DNA of 32,000 nt from an uncultured Alphaproteobacteria bacterium (lineage in GTDB: Bacteria; Pseudomonadota; Alphaproteobacteria; Rs-D84; CACZYB01). Positions within the stretch are counted from its first letter, which is position 1, and each line of letters opens with the position of its first letter. The translations under genes and the position numbers were made by a program. The stretch covers positions 120,001 to 152,000 of the forward strand of contig CAKQHZ010000002.1 in assembly GCA_934246625.1 (NCBI GenBank), read 5' to 3'. Below are positions 17,345-25,579 of the stretch, in pieces. A model generated the notes under the pieces. It was not told where the DNA came from and did no database searches. It worked only from the letters and a program-made list of their open reading frames with translations.

Positions 17345-17378
17345 CCTTCATATTTTCTTATGAAGGTTTTTCTTTTTT
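17345..17378 (+). terminator. Terminator-like hairpin in the leader, abutting the ribosome-binding site of the first phage-like gene
   Basis: An 8-bp stem (CCTTCATA / TATGAAGG) with a 6-nt loop is followed by TTTTTCTTTTTT. The AGGAG site and ATG 17391 come directly after. Confidence 0.55.
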
Positions 17379-17390
17379 AGGAGTTATGTT

Positions 17391-17678
17391 ATGAACGGAG
17401 GAATTGATTTATCCTGGTGGATAAGTGTTGTTGAAATACCCGTGTTCTTAGGTTTGTTTTGGATTATCCGAAATAATATGAGTTATTTGGAAAATTCGTT
17501 GAAACAACAAGAAGAAAAATCAAAACGAGAAATTGTTTCAATGATTGAAAATATTGCGTCTTTTCGTGTTGATGTGGCAATGAACTATGCCTCTATGTCT
17601 TATTTAAAAGACGTGGAAAATCGATTGACGGCTCATCTTCTTCGTATTGAAGAAAAAATTTCATCAGGAGGGTTTTGA
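17391..17678 (+). CDS. Small phage-type membrane protein (holin-like candidate)
   Basis: The 95-aa product has one N-terminal TM helix (WWISVVEIPVFLGLFWII) and then a coiled-coil-like tail. Its stop overlaps the start of the hydrolase gene (ATGA). Confidence 0.4.
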   Translation: MNGGIDLSWWISVVEIPVFLGLFWIIRNNMSYLENSLKQQEEKSKREIVSMIENIASFRVDVAMNYASMSYLKDVENRLTAHLLRIEEKISSGGF

Positions 17679-18124
17679 TGGCTTTTATAGAAAACAGAAA
17701 TAATCAAATTCGCAAAATGAAACTTGATAATAATTTTAATAAATTAGTTTTTGCAAAAACAATTTTTAAAGTTGTTGGCGAAAATCAAAATATTGAATTG
17801 TTAAAAGCTGTTGCAAATGTTGTGATGAACAGATTTTTATATGAATATGAAATTGATGATGAAATGACTTTTGTAAAATGTATTACAAATGTAGATTTGT
17901 TTCCATGTTGGAAAAATCTTAAATCAATGGATGAAATTGATTTGCAAAATTGCTTTTTTAAAAAATGTTTTTCTTTGGCTTTAAAAATGTTGAATGGAAA
18001 AGTGGAAGATAATACTTTGTCTTCTATTAAATTTAAAAAAGTTTCTGAGTGTCCTGTATGGGCTGTGGGTTTAAAATATGTTAAGGCGATAGATGATTAT
18101 CTTTTTTACAATAATTGTGATTAA
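17675..18124 (+). CDS. SleB-like cell-wall hydrolase (candidate endolysin)
   Basis: The pattern FAKTIFKVVGENQNIELLKAVANVVMNRF resembles the Hydrolase_2/SleB N-terminal motif (LA..iygEa....g..aVa.VvlNR). Its position is coupled to the holin-like ORF. Confidence 0.45.
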   Translation: MMAFIENRNNQIRKMKLDNNFNKLVFAKTIFKVVGENQNIELLKAVANVVMNRFLYEYEIDDEMTFVKCITNVDLFPCWKNLKSMDEIDLQNCFFKKCFSLALKMLNGKVEDNTLSSIKFKKVSECPVWAVGLKYVKAIDDYLFYNNCD

Positions 18125-18145
18125 CAATAAGCAAAGGAGTTTATT

Positions 18146-18880
18146 ATGACAGAGTTAAAAAATGATGAATTAAAAAAATCTGTGGAAAAAAAGGAAGAAA
18201 AAATTTCAAAATTAAAACCTGAAAATGTTCCTGTGAAATTTTGGAATGATGCAAATGGTGAAATTCGTGTTGATGAACTTTTGAAATCATATTTGGAATT
18301 GGAAAAAAAGTTTAGTGAAGTTTCAAAAAATAAAAATGATAAAAATATTTTGGAACTTGCTCTTGAAACAGATGTGCCTGCTGGTGAATATCAAATTGAA
18401 CTTCATCATAAACTTTTGACGATTGATGATAATGTTAATAAACGTTTGAAAGATGCAGGTTTTACAAATAAGCAAGCTCAACTTGTTTATGATTTGGGTG
18501 CTGAAATTATGATGCCTTTGATTGAGGAAATCAGCGGAGAATTTCGTATGTATCGAGAATTAGAAAAACTTGAAAAATACTTTGGTGGAGAAGAACGTTT
18601 TGATGAAATTTCACGACAAATTTCAAAGTGGGCAGAAAAAAATATTCCATCAGAAATTTATAATTCTCTTAACAAATCTTATTATGGTGTGATTGCTTTG
18701 TTTAATATGATGAATGGTGGTAATGAACCATCAATGATAAATATGGTTGGCGAAAAAGAAAATATTTTAAATGAAAAAAAATTAAAAGATATGATGAACG
18801 ATCCTCGTTATTGGAGAGATGGTGATAAAGATTTTATAAAAAAAGTTGATGATGGATTTAAAAATTTATATGACAGATAA
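18146..18880 (+). CDS. Capsid scaffolding-like protein (T7 gp9 position)
   Basis: The product is acidic and helical. Its N-terminus (PENVPVKFWNDANGEIRVDELLKSYLELEKKF) is typical of podovirus scaffold/assembly proteins. It lies upstream of the capsid gene. Confidence 0.45.
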   Translation: MTELKNDELKKSVEKKEEKISKLKPENVPVKFWNDANGEIRVDELLKSYLELEKKFSEVSKNKNDKNILELALETDVPAGEYQIELHHKLLTIDDNVNKRLKDAGFTNKQAQLVYDLGAEIMMPLIEEISGEFRMYRELEKLEKYFGGEERFDEISRQISKWAEKNIPSEIYNSLNKSYYGVIALFNMMNGGNEPSMINMVGEKENILNEKKLKDMMNDPRYWRDGDKDFIKKVDDGFKNLYDR

Positions 18881-18912
18881 TTACTTTTTTGTATTTTTTT
18901 TGATAATTTTTA

Positions 18913-18941
18913 TTGCAGTGTAATTTTGATTATGTTATACT
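18913..18941 (+). promoter_or_regulatory. Sigma70-type promoter of the Lys-rich / membrane gene cassette
   Basis: TTGCAG (18913-18918), a 17-nt spacer, then TATACT (18936-18941). Confidence 0.45.
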
Positions 18942-18974
18942 AAACTTGTCTTTTGTTAAATAGGAGAGAGAAAT

Positions 18975-19316
18975 ATGTTTAAAAGTATAATTAAAAAAGC
19001 TAAATCTACTGCTAAAAAAGTTGAAACAAAAAAGGCAGAAGTTAAAAAGGCACCTGCAAAAAAAGTTGCAGTAAAAAAAGTAGCTGAAAAGAAAGCTCCA
19101 GCTAAGAAAGTAGTTGCTAAAAAGGCACCTGCAAAAAAAGTTGCAGTAAAAAAAGTGGCTGTGAAAAAAGCTCCTGCTAAAAAAGTAGTTGCTAAAAAAG
19201 CACCTGCAAAAAAAGTAGTTGTAAAAAAAATCGTAGTTAAAAAAGCATCTGTTAAAACTACTTCTGTAAAAAAAACAGTTAAACCAGTTGCAAAAAAAAA
19301 AGTAGCAAAGAAGTAG
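18975..19316 (+). CDS. Lys/Ala/Val-rich histone-H1-like basic protein
   Basis: The 113-aa product is almost entirely KKAPAKKVAVKKVA-type repeats. This composition is typical of H1-like/AlgP-like DNA-binding tails. A GGAGAGAG ribosome-binding site precedes the ATG. Confidence 0.6.
   Translation: MFKSIIKKAKSTAKKVETKKAEVKKAPAKKVAVKKVAEKKAPAKKVVAKKAPAKKVAVKKVAVKKAPAKKVVAKKAPAKKVVVKKIVVKKASVKTTSVKKTVKPVAKKKVAKK
19047..19229 (+). repeat. 75-bp (25-codon) tandem repeat, about 2.4 copies, inside the Lys-rich gene
   Basis: Copy 1 is 19047-19121 and copy 2 is 19122-19196, differing at a few positions. A partial third copy runs from 19197. Confidence 0.85.
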
Positions 19317-19330
19317 TTGTTGATATTTCT

Positions 19331-19891
19331 TTGGTAAAATCAAATCCCAATAAAAAGGGTGATGAGGTAGTTCAAAAGAAAACTTCATTACTTTCTTCTT
19401 TGTTGGGATTTTTTTATACGAAAACAAAAAAAATACTTAGTGTTTATTTGTCTTTGGTTGTAATTTTTTCTTTTGCATTTGCATTTTACAAAGAACTTAA
19501 GGTTTATAGTTTAGTTCGTTTTGCAATGAACCCATTGGAAATTATGTTTATAAGTGTTGTTGGTGCAGTATTCTTGATTATTAAATTATTTATACCTGTT
19601 TTAATTGTTGTGGTTATTGCAAAATTATTTATGTTAAAGTCAAGAAAAATAAAGGTTCAACCAAAATTTAAAAAAAGTTTTAAAAGACAAACTTTGATTG
19701 CATTTGTGGTTTCATTTATTTTTGCAACTTTGTTTTATTATGATGTTGTTTTGGTTGCAAAATTTTCTCCACAACTTGTAAAATCTTCTGTTGAATTATT
19801 TGTGTTATTTTTTATATCTGTTTTATTTACTTTGTCTTCTATGTATGGTGTTATCAAAGGAGTTGCACCAGTTTTGGAAGAAAAAAAATAA
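19331..19891 (+). CDS. Polytopic membrane protein; start uncertain, possibly expressed as a -1 frameshift fusion with the upstream Lys-rich ORF
   Basis: It has four to five hydrophobic helices. The only upstream start is a TTG with no Shine-Dalgarno sequence. The first in-frame ATG would delete two helices. This frame is open back into the A10 tract at 19292-19301. Confidence 0.5.
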   Translation: MVKSNPNKKGDEVVQKKTSLLSSLLGFFYTKTKKILSVYLSLVVIFSFAFAFYKELKVYSLVRFAMNPLEIMFISVVGAVFLIIKLFIPVLIVVVIAKLFMLKSRKIKVQPKFKKSFKRQTLIAFVVSFIFATLFYYDVVLVAKFSPQLVKSSVELFVLFFISVLFTLSSMYGVIKGVAPVLEEKK

Positions 19892-19928
19892 TTCGATATA
19901 CTTTTTAATTATACTTTGTAAAGTTTAA

Positions 19929-19955
19929 AATCCGTCAGTTTTTGGCGGATTTTTA
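19929..19955 (+). terminator. Intrinsic terminator after the membrane-protein gene
   Basis: The stem AATCCGTC / GGCGGATT (8 bp including one G-U pair) has a 7-nt loop and is followed by a T-run. Confidence 0.5.
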
Positions 19956-20011
19956 ATTTTGCAAATAATACTTGCAAAAATTGGGATAACATTTTTTTGC
20001 CCCATTTTACC

Positions 20012-20036
20012 GACCCTTTTATGGGTCTTTTTTTTA
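20012..20036 (+). terminator. Terminator-like hairpin in the capsid-gene leader
   Basis: The stem GACCC / GGGTC has a 6-nt loop and is followed by a T9 run. AAGGAG and ATG 20059 follow. Confidence 0.5.
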
Positions 20037-20058
20037 ACAATAAAAAAGGAGATAAAAT

Positions 20059-20895
20059 ATGTCAATTTCTATTGATCAATCTTTTATAAAACAGTTTGAA
20101 GCAGAAGTTCATCTTGCTTTTCAACAAATGGGAACAAAACTTCGTTCTACTGTAAGAACAAAAAATGATGTAAAGGGAAGTTCAACAACTTTTCAAAAAG
20201 TAGGTAAGGGAACTGCAACTACAAAGGCAAGACACGGACTTGTTCCTGTGATGAATTTGGACCATACTCCTGTTGAATGTGTGCTTTCTGATTTCTATGC
20301 TGGTGATTGGATTGATGAGCTTGATGAAATCAAAACAAATGTTGATGAACGTCGTGTTGTTGCAAGTGCTGGTGCCTATGCTTTGGGTCGCAAAAGTGAT
20401 GAACTTATTATTTCAGAACTTAATCAAGCAAATGTGTCTGTTGCAATGGGTGATACTGGTTTAACAAAGGCAAAAATTCTTTCTGCTTTGGAATTACTTA
20501 ACAATAGCGATGTGCCAGATGATGGTCAAAGATTTGCAGTTGTTGGTGTGCATCAATGGAATGAACTTTTGAATATGAAAGAATTTTCTTCTGCGGAATA
20601 TGTTGGTGATACTTATCCTTTACTTAAGGGAACAGAAACAAGAAAATGGCTTGGCATAAATTGGATTATGCATAATGCTTTGCCATTTGATGAAAAAACA
20701 AAAGCAAGAAATTGCTTTATATATCACAAAAATTCTGTGGGTCATGCATCTGGTTGTGATGTGAAAACTGATATTACATGGCATGGTGAAAGGGCTGCGC
20801 ACTTTATTTCAAATTGTATGAGCCAAGGTGCAAAACTTATTGATAACACAGGTGTTGTGAAAATTATTTGTAAAGATACTTCTGTAATTGCTTAA
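20059..20895 (+). CDS. Major capsid protein (T7 gp10-like pattern)
   Basis: The pattern matches remembered T7 gp10A. The N-terminal FIKQFEAEVHLAFQQ...STTFQKVGKG resembles FLKVFGGEVLTAFAR...SAQFPVLGR. The central AGAYALGRKSDELIISEL and C-terminal YHKNSVGHA resemble MHRSAVGTV. It follows the scaffold-like gene. Confidence 0.75.
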   Translation: MSISIDQSFIKQFEAEVHLAFQQMGTKLRSTVRTKNDVKGSSTTFQKVGKGTATTKARHGLVPVMNLDHTPVECVLSDFYAGDWIDELDEIKTNVDERRVVASAGAYALGRKSDELIISELNQANVSVAMGDTGLTKAKILSALELLNNSDVPDDGQRFAVVGVHQWNELLNMKEFSSAEYVGDTYPLLKGTETRKWLGINWIMHNALPFDEKTKARNCFIYHKNSVGHASGCDVKTDITWHGERAAHFISNCMSQGAKLIDNTGVVKIICKDTSVIA

Positions 20896-20916
20896 CTTTA
20901 ACAAAAGGAAATAAAA

Positions 20917-21165
20917 ATGGCTATTGATTCAAAAAATTTATCTGTACTTGCTTACTCAAATGGATTTACTTTGTGGCATTATAAAACAACCGATACAAAA
21001 ACTGTTGTTGAAACATCAGGTTATTTTGATAAGGTTGCGAATATTTTTAACGAAGGCGATATGATTTTTACATCTGTGCTTGGTGGTGATACAAAGCAAA
21101 CAATTATTTATATTGTAAGTTCTGTTGAAAATGGTGTGGTTAGTGTTTCTAACTTACTTGCTTAA
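20917..21165 (+). CDS. Small protein downstream of the capsid gene (possible head accessory / decoration protein)
   Basis: The 82-aa ORF has a good ribosome-binding site (AAGGAA). The assignment rests on position only. Confidence 0.3.
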   Translation: MAIDSKNLSVLAYSNGFTLWHYKTTDTKTVVETSGYFDKVANIFNEGDMIFTSVLGGDTKQTIIYIVSSVENGVVSVSNLLA

Positions 21166-21177
21166 TTTAGTGTGATA

Positions 21178-21203
21178 AATCCCCAGTTTTGGGGATTTTT
21201 TTT
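21178..21203 (+). terminator. Strong intrinsic terminator after the capsid block (positionally analogous to T7 T-phi)
   Basis: The stem AATCCCC / GGGGATT has a 6-nt loop and is followed by a T8 run. The run ends directly at the AAGGAG of the next gene. Confidence 0.7.
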
Positions 21204-21215
21204 AAGGAGAAATTT

Positions 21216-21773
21216 ATGAATAATTTTACAATGATTGATTTGTGTTCAAAGGCTTTGCATAAAATTGGAGCAAATGAAATTGTTTCGTTTGATGAAAATA
21301 CTCCTGAAGCAGAATTAAGTAAAAGTATTTATCCTGTTTTAAAAAGGAAATTGCTTTCATCTTTTGTATGGAGTTTTGCAACAAAAGTTTTAAAACTTTC
21401 ATTGATAGAAGATGAAAATCAAACAGAGTTTCAATATTGTTTTTTGCTTCCATCTGATTTTATAAGAGCGATTAAAATATCACCAAAAGTTCCATATAAA
21501 ATTATTGAAAATAAATTGGTTGCGAATGTGTCTGATATAGTATTGACGTATGTTTCTGATGTTGATGAGGAAAATTTTTCACCTGCATTTTTAAATGCGT
21601 TTATTTATATTTTGTCCGCAGAATTATCTCTTTCTTTGTTGGACGATGTAGCAAAATTTAATTTGTTTTATCGACTTTATAATTCAGAATTAAGAGAGGC
21701 AAGATTTTTGGATAGTGCACAAGAAACGGCAAAACATTTTGATAATTTTTCTTTAATTGATGTAAGGTATTAG
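21216..21773 (+). CDS. Tail tubular protein A / adaptor (T7 gp11-like)
   Basis: I place the start at ATG 21216 after AAGGAG; the track start 21189 lies inside the terminator. The N-terminus IDLCSKALHKIGANEIVSFDENTPEAELSKSIY...FVWSFA parallels T7 gp11 [31 protein letters not shown]...GWTFN. Its size is also similar to that of gp11. Confidence 0.6.
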   Translation: MNNFTMIDLCSKALHKIGANEIVSFDENTPEAELSKSIYPVLKRKLLSSFVWSFATKVLKLSLIEDENQTEFQYCFLLPSDFIRAIKISPKVPYKIIENKLVANVSDIVLTYVSDVDEENFSPAFLNAFIYILSAELSLSLLDDVAKFNLFYRLYNSELREARFLDSAQETAKHFDNFSLIDVRY

Positions 21774-21781
21774 GTGTTGGT

Positions 21782-23686
21782 ATGTATAAACAAATTATTT
21801 CAAATACAAATTTTGCGTTTGGTGAAATTTCTCCTTATCTTTTTGGAAGGGGAGATATTGAGGCATATAAAAATGGTGCTATGACTATGTCAAATATGAC
21901 AGTTATTCCCACAGGTGGAGTTAAGCGTCGAGCAGGATTAAAGTTTTTGTGTGATTTGCCAAATGCTGGAAAATTGATAAATTTTGATTACTCTTCTTTG
22001 GAAAATTTTTTACTTTATTTCAGTGAAAATATTTTGTGGATTTATAATAGCATTGGTGAAAAGGTTGCAAGTCTTATGACTCCATTTTCCATTGCTCAAT
22101 TATCAAATATACGATGGTCGCAAAAGGGAAATCAATTATATATTGTGCATAAAGATGTTGCACCAAAAGTTTTGAAATATTATCCTCTTGAAGATAATTG
22201 GATTTTGGAAGATTGGCAATATGCGGTAAGTGATAAAAACTTTTCTTGTGAACCATTTGCAAAGTTTGAAGACACAGAAAATATTATGATTACTCCGTCT
22301 GGAAAAACTGGTGAAATTTCATTGGTTTCATCACAAAGTTTGTTTGATAATTCGTTTTTGGGTATTAAACTTCTTATTGATGGAGGTGAAGTTTGTATTA
22401 CTCAAATAATTTCTGGAACAGAGGCAAAGGCTGTTGTAAAAGCAGAATTGAGTGCTTTGGTTGCAACTTCTTCTTGGCAAGAACAGGCATTTTCGCTTAA
22501 GCGTGGTTTCCCAAAAAGTATTGCATTTCATCAAAACAGATTGGTGATTGGTGGGTCAAAAAGTTTGGCGAATAGATTGTGGTTTTCAAAAACAGGAGAA
22601 TATTTTAATTTTGATTTGGGTGAAGGTCTTGATGACGAAGCGATTGAGTTTGATTTATTGTCAGACAGAGTTAATGAAATTTTGTGTGTTTTTTCAGGAA
22701 AGCATTTACAAATTTTTACATCAGATTCTGAATGGATGGTGTCTGGGTATCCATTGACACCAACTTCATTGACGGTAAAGCAACAAACCAAAATTGGTTC
22801 TGTGGCAGATAAATTTATTTCACCAAAACTTGTTGAAGGTTCAACTATATTTGTTGCAAAAAACAACAAAGAAATTCGAGAATTTTTTTATGGAGATATT
22901 TCTGAAAATTATTCGTCCGAAGATTTAATTTTGCTTTCAAATCATTTAATGAATAAACCAAAAGAATTGGATTACGATATTAAAAACCGAATGCTTTATG
23001 TTTTGCAAAGTGATGGGACTATATCAATATTGCTTACAAATAAAACCAATGCTATAAATGCGTGGTTTAAGTATGAAACTCAAGGTGAATTTATTTCGCT
23101 TAATGTGTTTAATAATACTTTATATGTTATTGTTAAACGAGATGATAAGTATTTTTTAGAGTATTTGTCCGATGATGTGATGACAGATTCTTCTTTGACT
23201 TTTTCTTTTGATACAAAGGTTGATAAGATTGTTGGAATTTCACATTTGAACAATAAAATTGTTAGTGTTAATGCGGATAATTATGTTTTTGATGTAAAGG
23301 TTGAAAATAATGAACTTATACTTCCTTTGTCAGCAAAAAATGTTTTTTTGGGATTAAGTTATACACATACTTTGTGTCCGTTGCCAGTGTTAATAAATGG
23401 GGTTGTCCCACCAAAAATTGTGCGACTTTTTGAGTTGACTTTTCGTGTGGTTGATACTCCTTTATTACAAATTGATACTGGTGATGGAATAAGAAATATT
23501 ACTTGTATGGATTTTGATAAGGATAATATCCTTGATAATTCGTTGGTGCCATTTAATGGTGATATTCATATCAAAGCAAAAGGTTTGATTAAAAATTTTG
23601 AAGTCCCATTATGGAAGGTGCAAAGTTCAAAACCTTATAATGTAAAAATTTTAAATATTTCTGCAAAAATTGGTAGTGTAAAATAG
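21782..23686 (+). CDS. Tail tubular protein B / nozzle (T7 gp12-like)
   Basis: The N-terminus FAFGEISPYLFGRGD resembles gp12 LKGGISQQPDILRYPD. FHQNRLVIGGSKSLANRLWFSKTGEYFNFD resembles gp12 FFRNRLGFLSGENIILSRTAKYFNFY. It follows the gp11-like gene. Confidence 0.7.
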   Translation: MYKQIISNTNFAFGEISPYLFGRGDIEAYKNGAMTMSNMTVIPTGGVKRRAGLKFLCDLPNAGKLINFDYSSLENFLLYFSENILWIYNSIGEKVASLMTPFSIAQLSNIRWSQKGNQLYIVHKDVAPKVLKYYPLEDNWILEDWQYAVSDKNFSCEPFAKFEDTENIMITPSGKTGEISLVSSQSLFDNSFLGIKLLIDGGEVCITQIISGTEAKAVVKAELSALVATSSWQEQAFSLKRGFPKSIAFHQNRLVIGGSKSLANRLWFSKTGEYFNFDLGEGLDDEAIEFDLLSDRVNEILCVFSGKHLQIFTSDSEWMVSGYPLTPTSLTVKQQTKIGSVADKFISPKLVEGSTIFVAKNNKEIREFFYGDISENYSSEDLILLSNHLMNKPKELDYDIKNRMLYVLQSDGTISILLTNKTNAINAWFKYETQGEFISLNVFNNTLYVIVKRDDKYFLEYLSDDVMTDSSLTFSFDTKVDKIVGISHLNNKIVSVNADNYVFDVKVENNELILPLSAKNVFLGLSYTHTLCPLPVLINGVVPPKIVRLFELTFRVVDTPLLQIDTGDGIRNITCMDFDKDNILDNSLVPFNGDIHIKAKGLIKNFEVPLWKVQSSKPYNVKILNISAKIGSVK

Positions 23687-23707
23687 GTTAAATGAAAGGA
23701 TAATAAT

Positions 23708-24154
23708 ATGGGAGCAAGTGCTGGTGTTGCCGCAGTTCTTACTGCTGCGGATAGTATTATTGATTATAGAGAAAAAAAGAAGCAACAAAAGGCAAATGAA
23801 AAATTATTAAATCAACAACAGGAAGTCAAGGAAGAAGAAAATGAAATAAAAAAACAAATTTTAAAAGATGAAAAGACAAATTTGCTTAAAACAAAATTGG
23901 CTTCGCAAAAGGCAAAGTTAGGTGCAAGTGGACTTGTGTCAACAACTGGGTCTTCGGCTGCTTATCTTTCAAGTTTGGAAAAGGATACAGATGAGGAAAT
24001 TTTGAAAAAAACTTCGCTTAGTGATTTGAATTTATTAAATGAAACGGCAAATTATGATTACAGAAAAAAGCTAAATTTATTAGATCAAGCAAAGAATGAT
24101 TATGATTTTTCAAAAGGCTTGGTTAATAACATTTTTTCAAAAAAATTATTTTAG
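23708..24154 (+). CDS. Coiled-coil protein with hydrophobic N-terminus (possible small internal virion protein)
   Basis: It lies between the gp12-like and gp17-like genes, where T7 encodes its internal proteins. At 148 aa it is Lys/Glu-rich. No motif was found. Confidence 0.3.
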   Translation: MGASAGVAAVLTAADSIIDYREKKKQQKANEKLLNQQQEVKEEENEIKKQILKDEKTNLLKTKLASQKAKLGASGLVSTTGSSAAYLSSLEKDTDEEILKKTSLSDLNLLNETANYDYRKKLNLLDQAKNDYDFSKGLVNNIFSKKLF

Positions 24155-24166
24155 GAGAGTTATGTT

Positions 24167-24889
24167 ATGGGTAAAAATAGTTTAGTAAAACATATATATA
24201 TTTGTGATGGTGTGCAAAAAAATTTTGACTATCAATTTGAAAGTTTTTCAAAAACAAGTATAAAAGTTTTTATTGATAACTTGATGATAAAATCTGGGTA
24301 TGAGATAGTTCCATTTTCTGACAAGGTTGGTGGAAAAATTATTTTTAATACTCCTCCTTTGAAAGGGAAAGTTTTATCGATTATTCGTGAGTTAGATTTT
24401 TCACGAAGTTGTGATTTTCAAACAGGTGGAATTTTTCGTGCTGAAGATTTGAACTATGAACTTAACTATAATATTGCTTGTCTTAATCAAGTCAATGATG
24501 TTTTAACTTTGGCAGTTAAACTTTCACCACTTGATACAAAAATAAATCCAGTATTGCCAAAGGCAAAAGCAGGCTATGCAATTGTTTGGAATGATACAGA
24601 AGATGGATTTTCAAATTTAGATGTTAATATTACAGAGCAAGTTCGTTATGTTGAAGATTGCACAAATCTTGTTGAAAATCTTTATAATGATTTAAGTGAT
24701 TTATTTGCAAGCAATTCTGATATAGGAGTATTGGGGTTTGTGAATAATTTGCTTACGATTTTAAAAGAACATCATGGTGAAGCGTTTGTTGATTTTCAAA
24801 ATCTTAATTGTGTAGCAAATGATGTTATTGATTTTGGAAATGTGTCTGATGAATCACAAATTAGTGTGAAAGATAATGGAATACTTTGA
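24167..24889 (+). CDS. Tail fibre protein with T7 gp17-type N-terminal tail-attachment domain
   Basis: HIYICDGVQKNFDYQFE...IKVFIDN...IIRELDFSRSCDFQTGGIFRAEDLNYELN parallels gp17 LTYQLDGSNRDFNIPFEY...VVVTLIG...RVTSTTDRLVDFTDGSILRAYDLNVAQ. Confidence 0.7.
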   Translation: MGKNSLVKHIYICDGVQKNFDYQFESFSKTSIKVFIDNLMIKSGYEIVPFSDKVGGKIIFNTPPLKGKVLSIIRELDFSRSCDFQTGGIFRAEDLNYELNYNIACLNQVNDVLTLAVKLSPLDTKINPVLPKAKAGYAIVWNDTEDGFSNLDVNITEQVRYVEDCTNLVENLYNDLSDLFASNSDIGVLGFVNNLLTILKEHHGEAFVDFQNLNCVANDVIDFGNVSDESQISVKDNGIL

Positions 24890-25484
24890 TAAAAAAATCA
24901 GTTTTTTGGATTTTTTGAAAGATTGGTATAAAACTCAGGGACTTTTGTTTCCAGAACATCATAAAAAAATTGCAAAATGGTTGGAGAGTGTTTATTTTTC
25001 TGATAAAAAGCGAGGGCTTTTGCTTGCTTTTCGAAGTAGTGGAAAGTCAACGGTGGTTGGGCTTTTTTGTTCGTGGCTTTTGTATATAAATCCGAATTTA
25101 AGGATTTTGGTTGTTGCAGCAGATACTATGTTGGCAAAAAAGATGGTGCGAAATATCAAATATATTGTTGAACTTCACCCATTATTGGAAAGTATTAGAC
25201 CAAAGAAAAAGCAAGAATGGGCATCTGGAAGTTTTACCGTGGAAAGAAATTTGGTGTTAAGGGACCCATCTGTGATGGCTGTGGGACTTTTATCAAATTC
25301 GACTGGAAGCAGGGCTGATGTTATTATTTGTGATGATGTGGAGGTGCCAAAAAATTGTGATACTTATCAAAAACGGTGTGATTTGAGAGAGAAATTGTTG
25401 GAGTTTAATTTTATTTTGGTGCCTAATGGTATGCAAATTTTTATTGGGACACCGCATACTTTGGATACTATTTATAAAGTTTAG
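24876..25484 (+). CDS. Large terminase, N-terminal ATPase half only
   Basis: It has Walker A (AFRSSGKST), Walker B (ADVIICDDVE) and the coupling motif (FIGTPHT). The ORF stops 8 codons after the GTP motif. It overlaps the fibre gene by 14 nt. Confidence 0.75.
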   Translation: MEYFDKKISFLDFLKDWYKTQGLLFPEHHKKIAKWLESVYFSDKKRGLLLAFRSSGKSTVVGLFCSWLLYINPNLRILVVAADTMLAKKMVRNIKYIVELHPLLESIRPKKKQEWASGSFTVERNLVLRDPSVMAVGLLSNSTGSRADVIICDDVEVPKNCDTYQKRCDLREKLLEFNFILVPNGMQIFIGTPHTLDTIYKV

Positions 25485-25545
25485 TATTGATTTTAGGGGA
25501 ATTTTTTAGTTGTTTTATACAAAAAAATATTTTTTTAAAATTTTA

Positions 25546-25573
25546 TTGACAAATTCGAATTAGTTTGTATAAT
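25546..25573 (+). promoter_or_regulatory. Near-consensus sigma70 promoter of sRNA candidate 1
   Basis: TTGACA (25546-25551), a 16-nt spacer, then TATAAT (25568-25573). Confidence 0.6.
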
Positions 25574-25579
25574 GAGGTT

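Noticed and set aside
21189-21215. Track start 21189 for the gp11-like gene, and likewise 10485 and 16967 for two Cys-rich genes.
   Set aside because: These upstream non-ATG starts lie inside terminator or leader hairpins and lack ribosome-binding sites. Internal ATGs at 21216, 10524 and 16931 follow good Shine-Dalgarno sequences and give proper N-termini or signal peptides.
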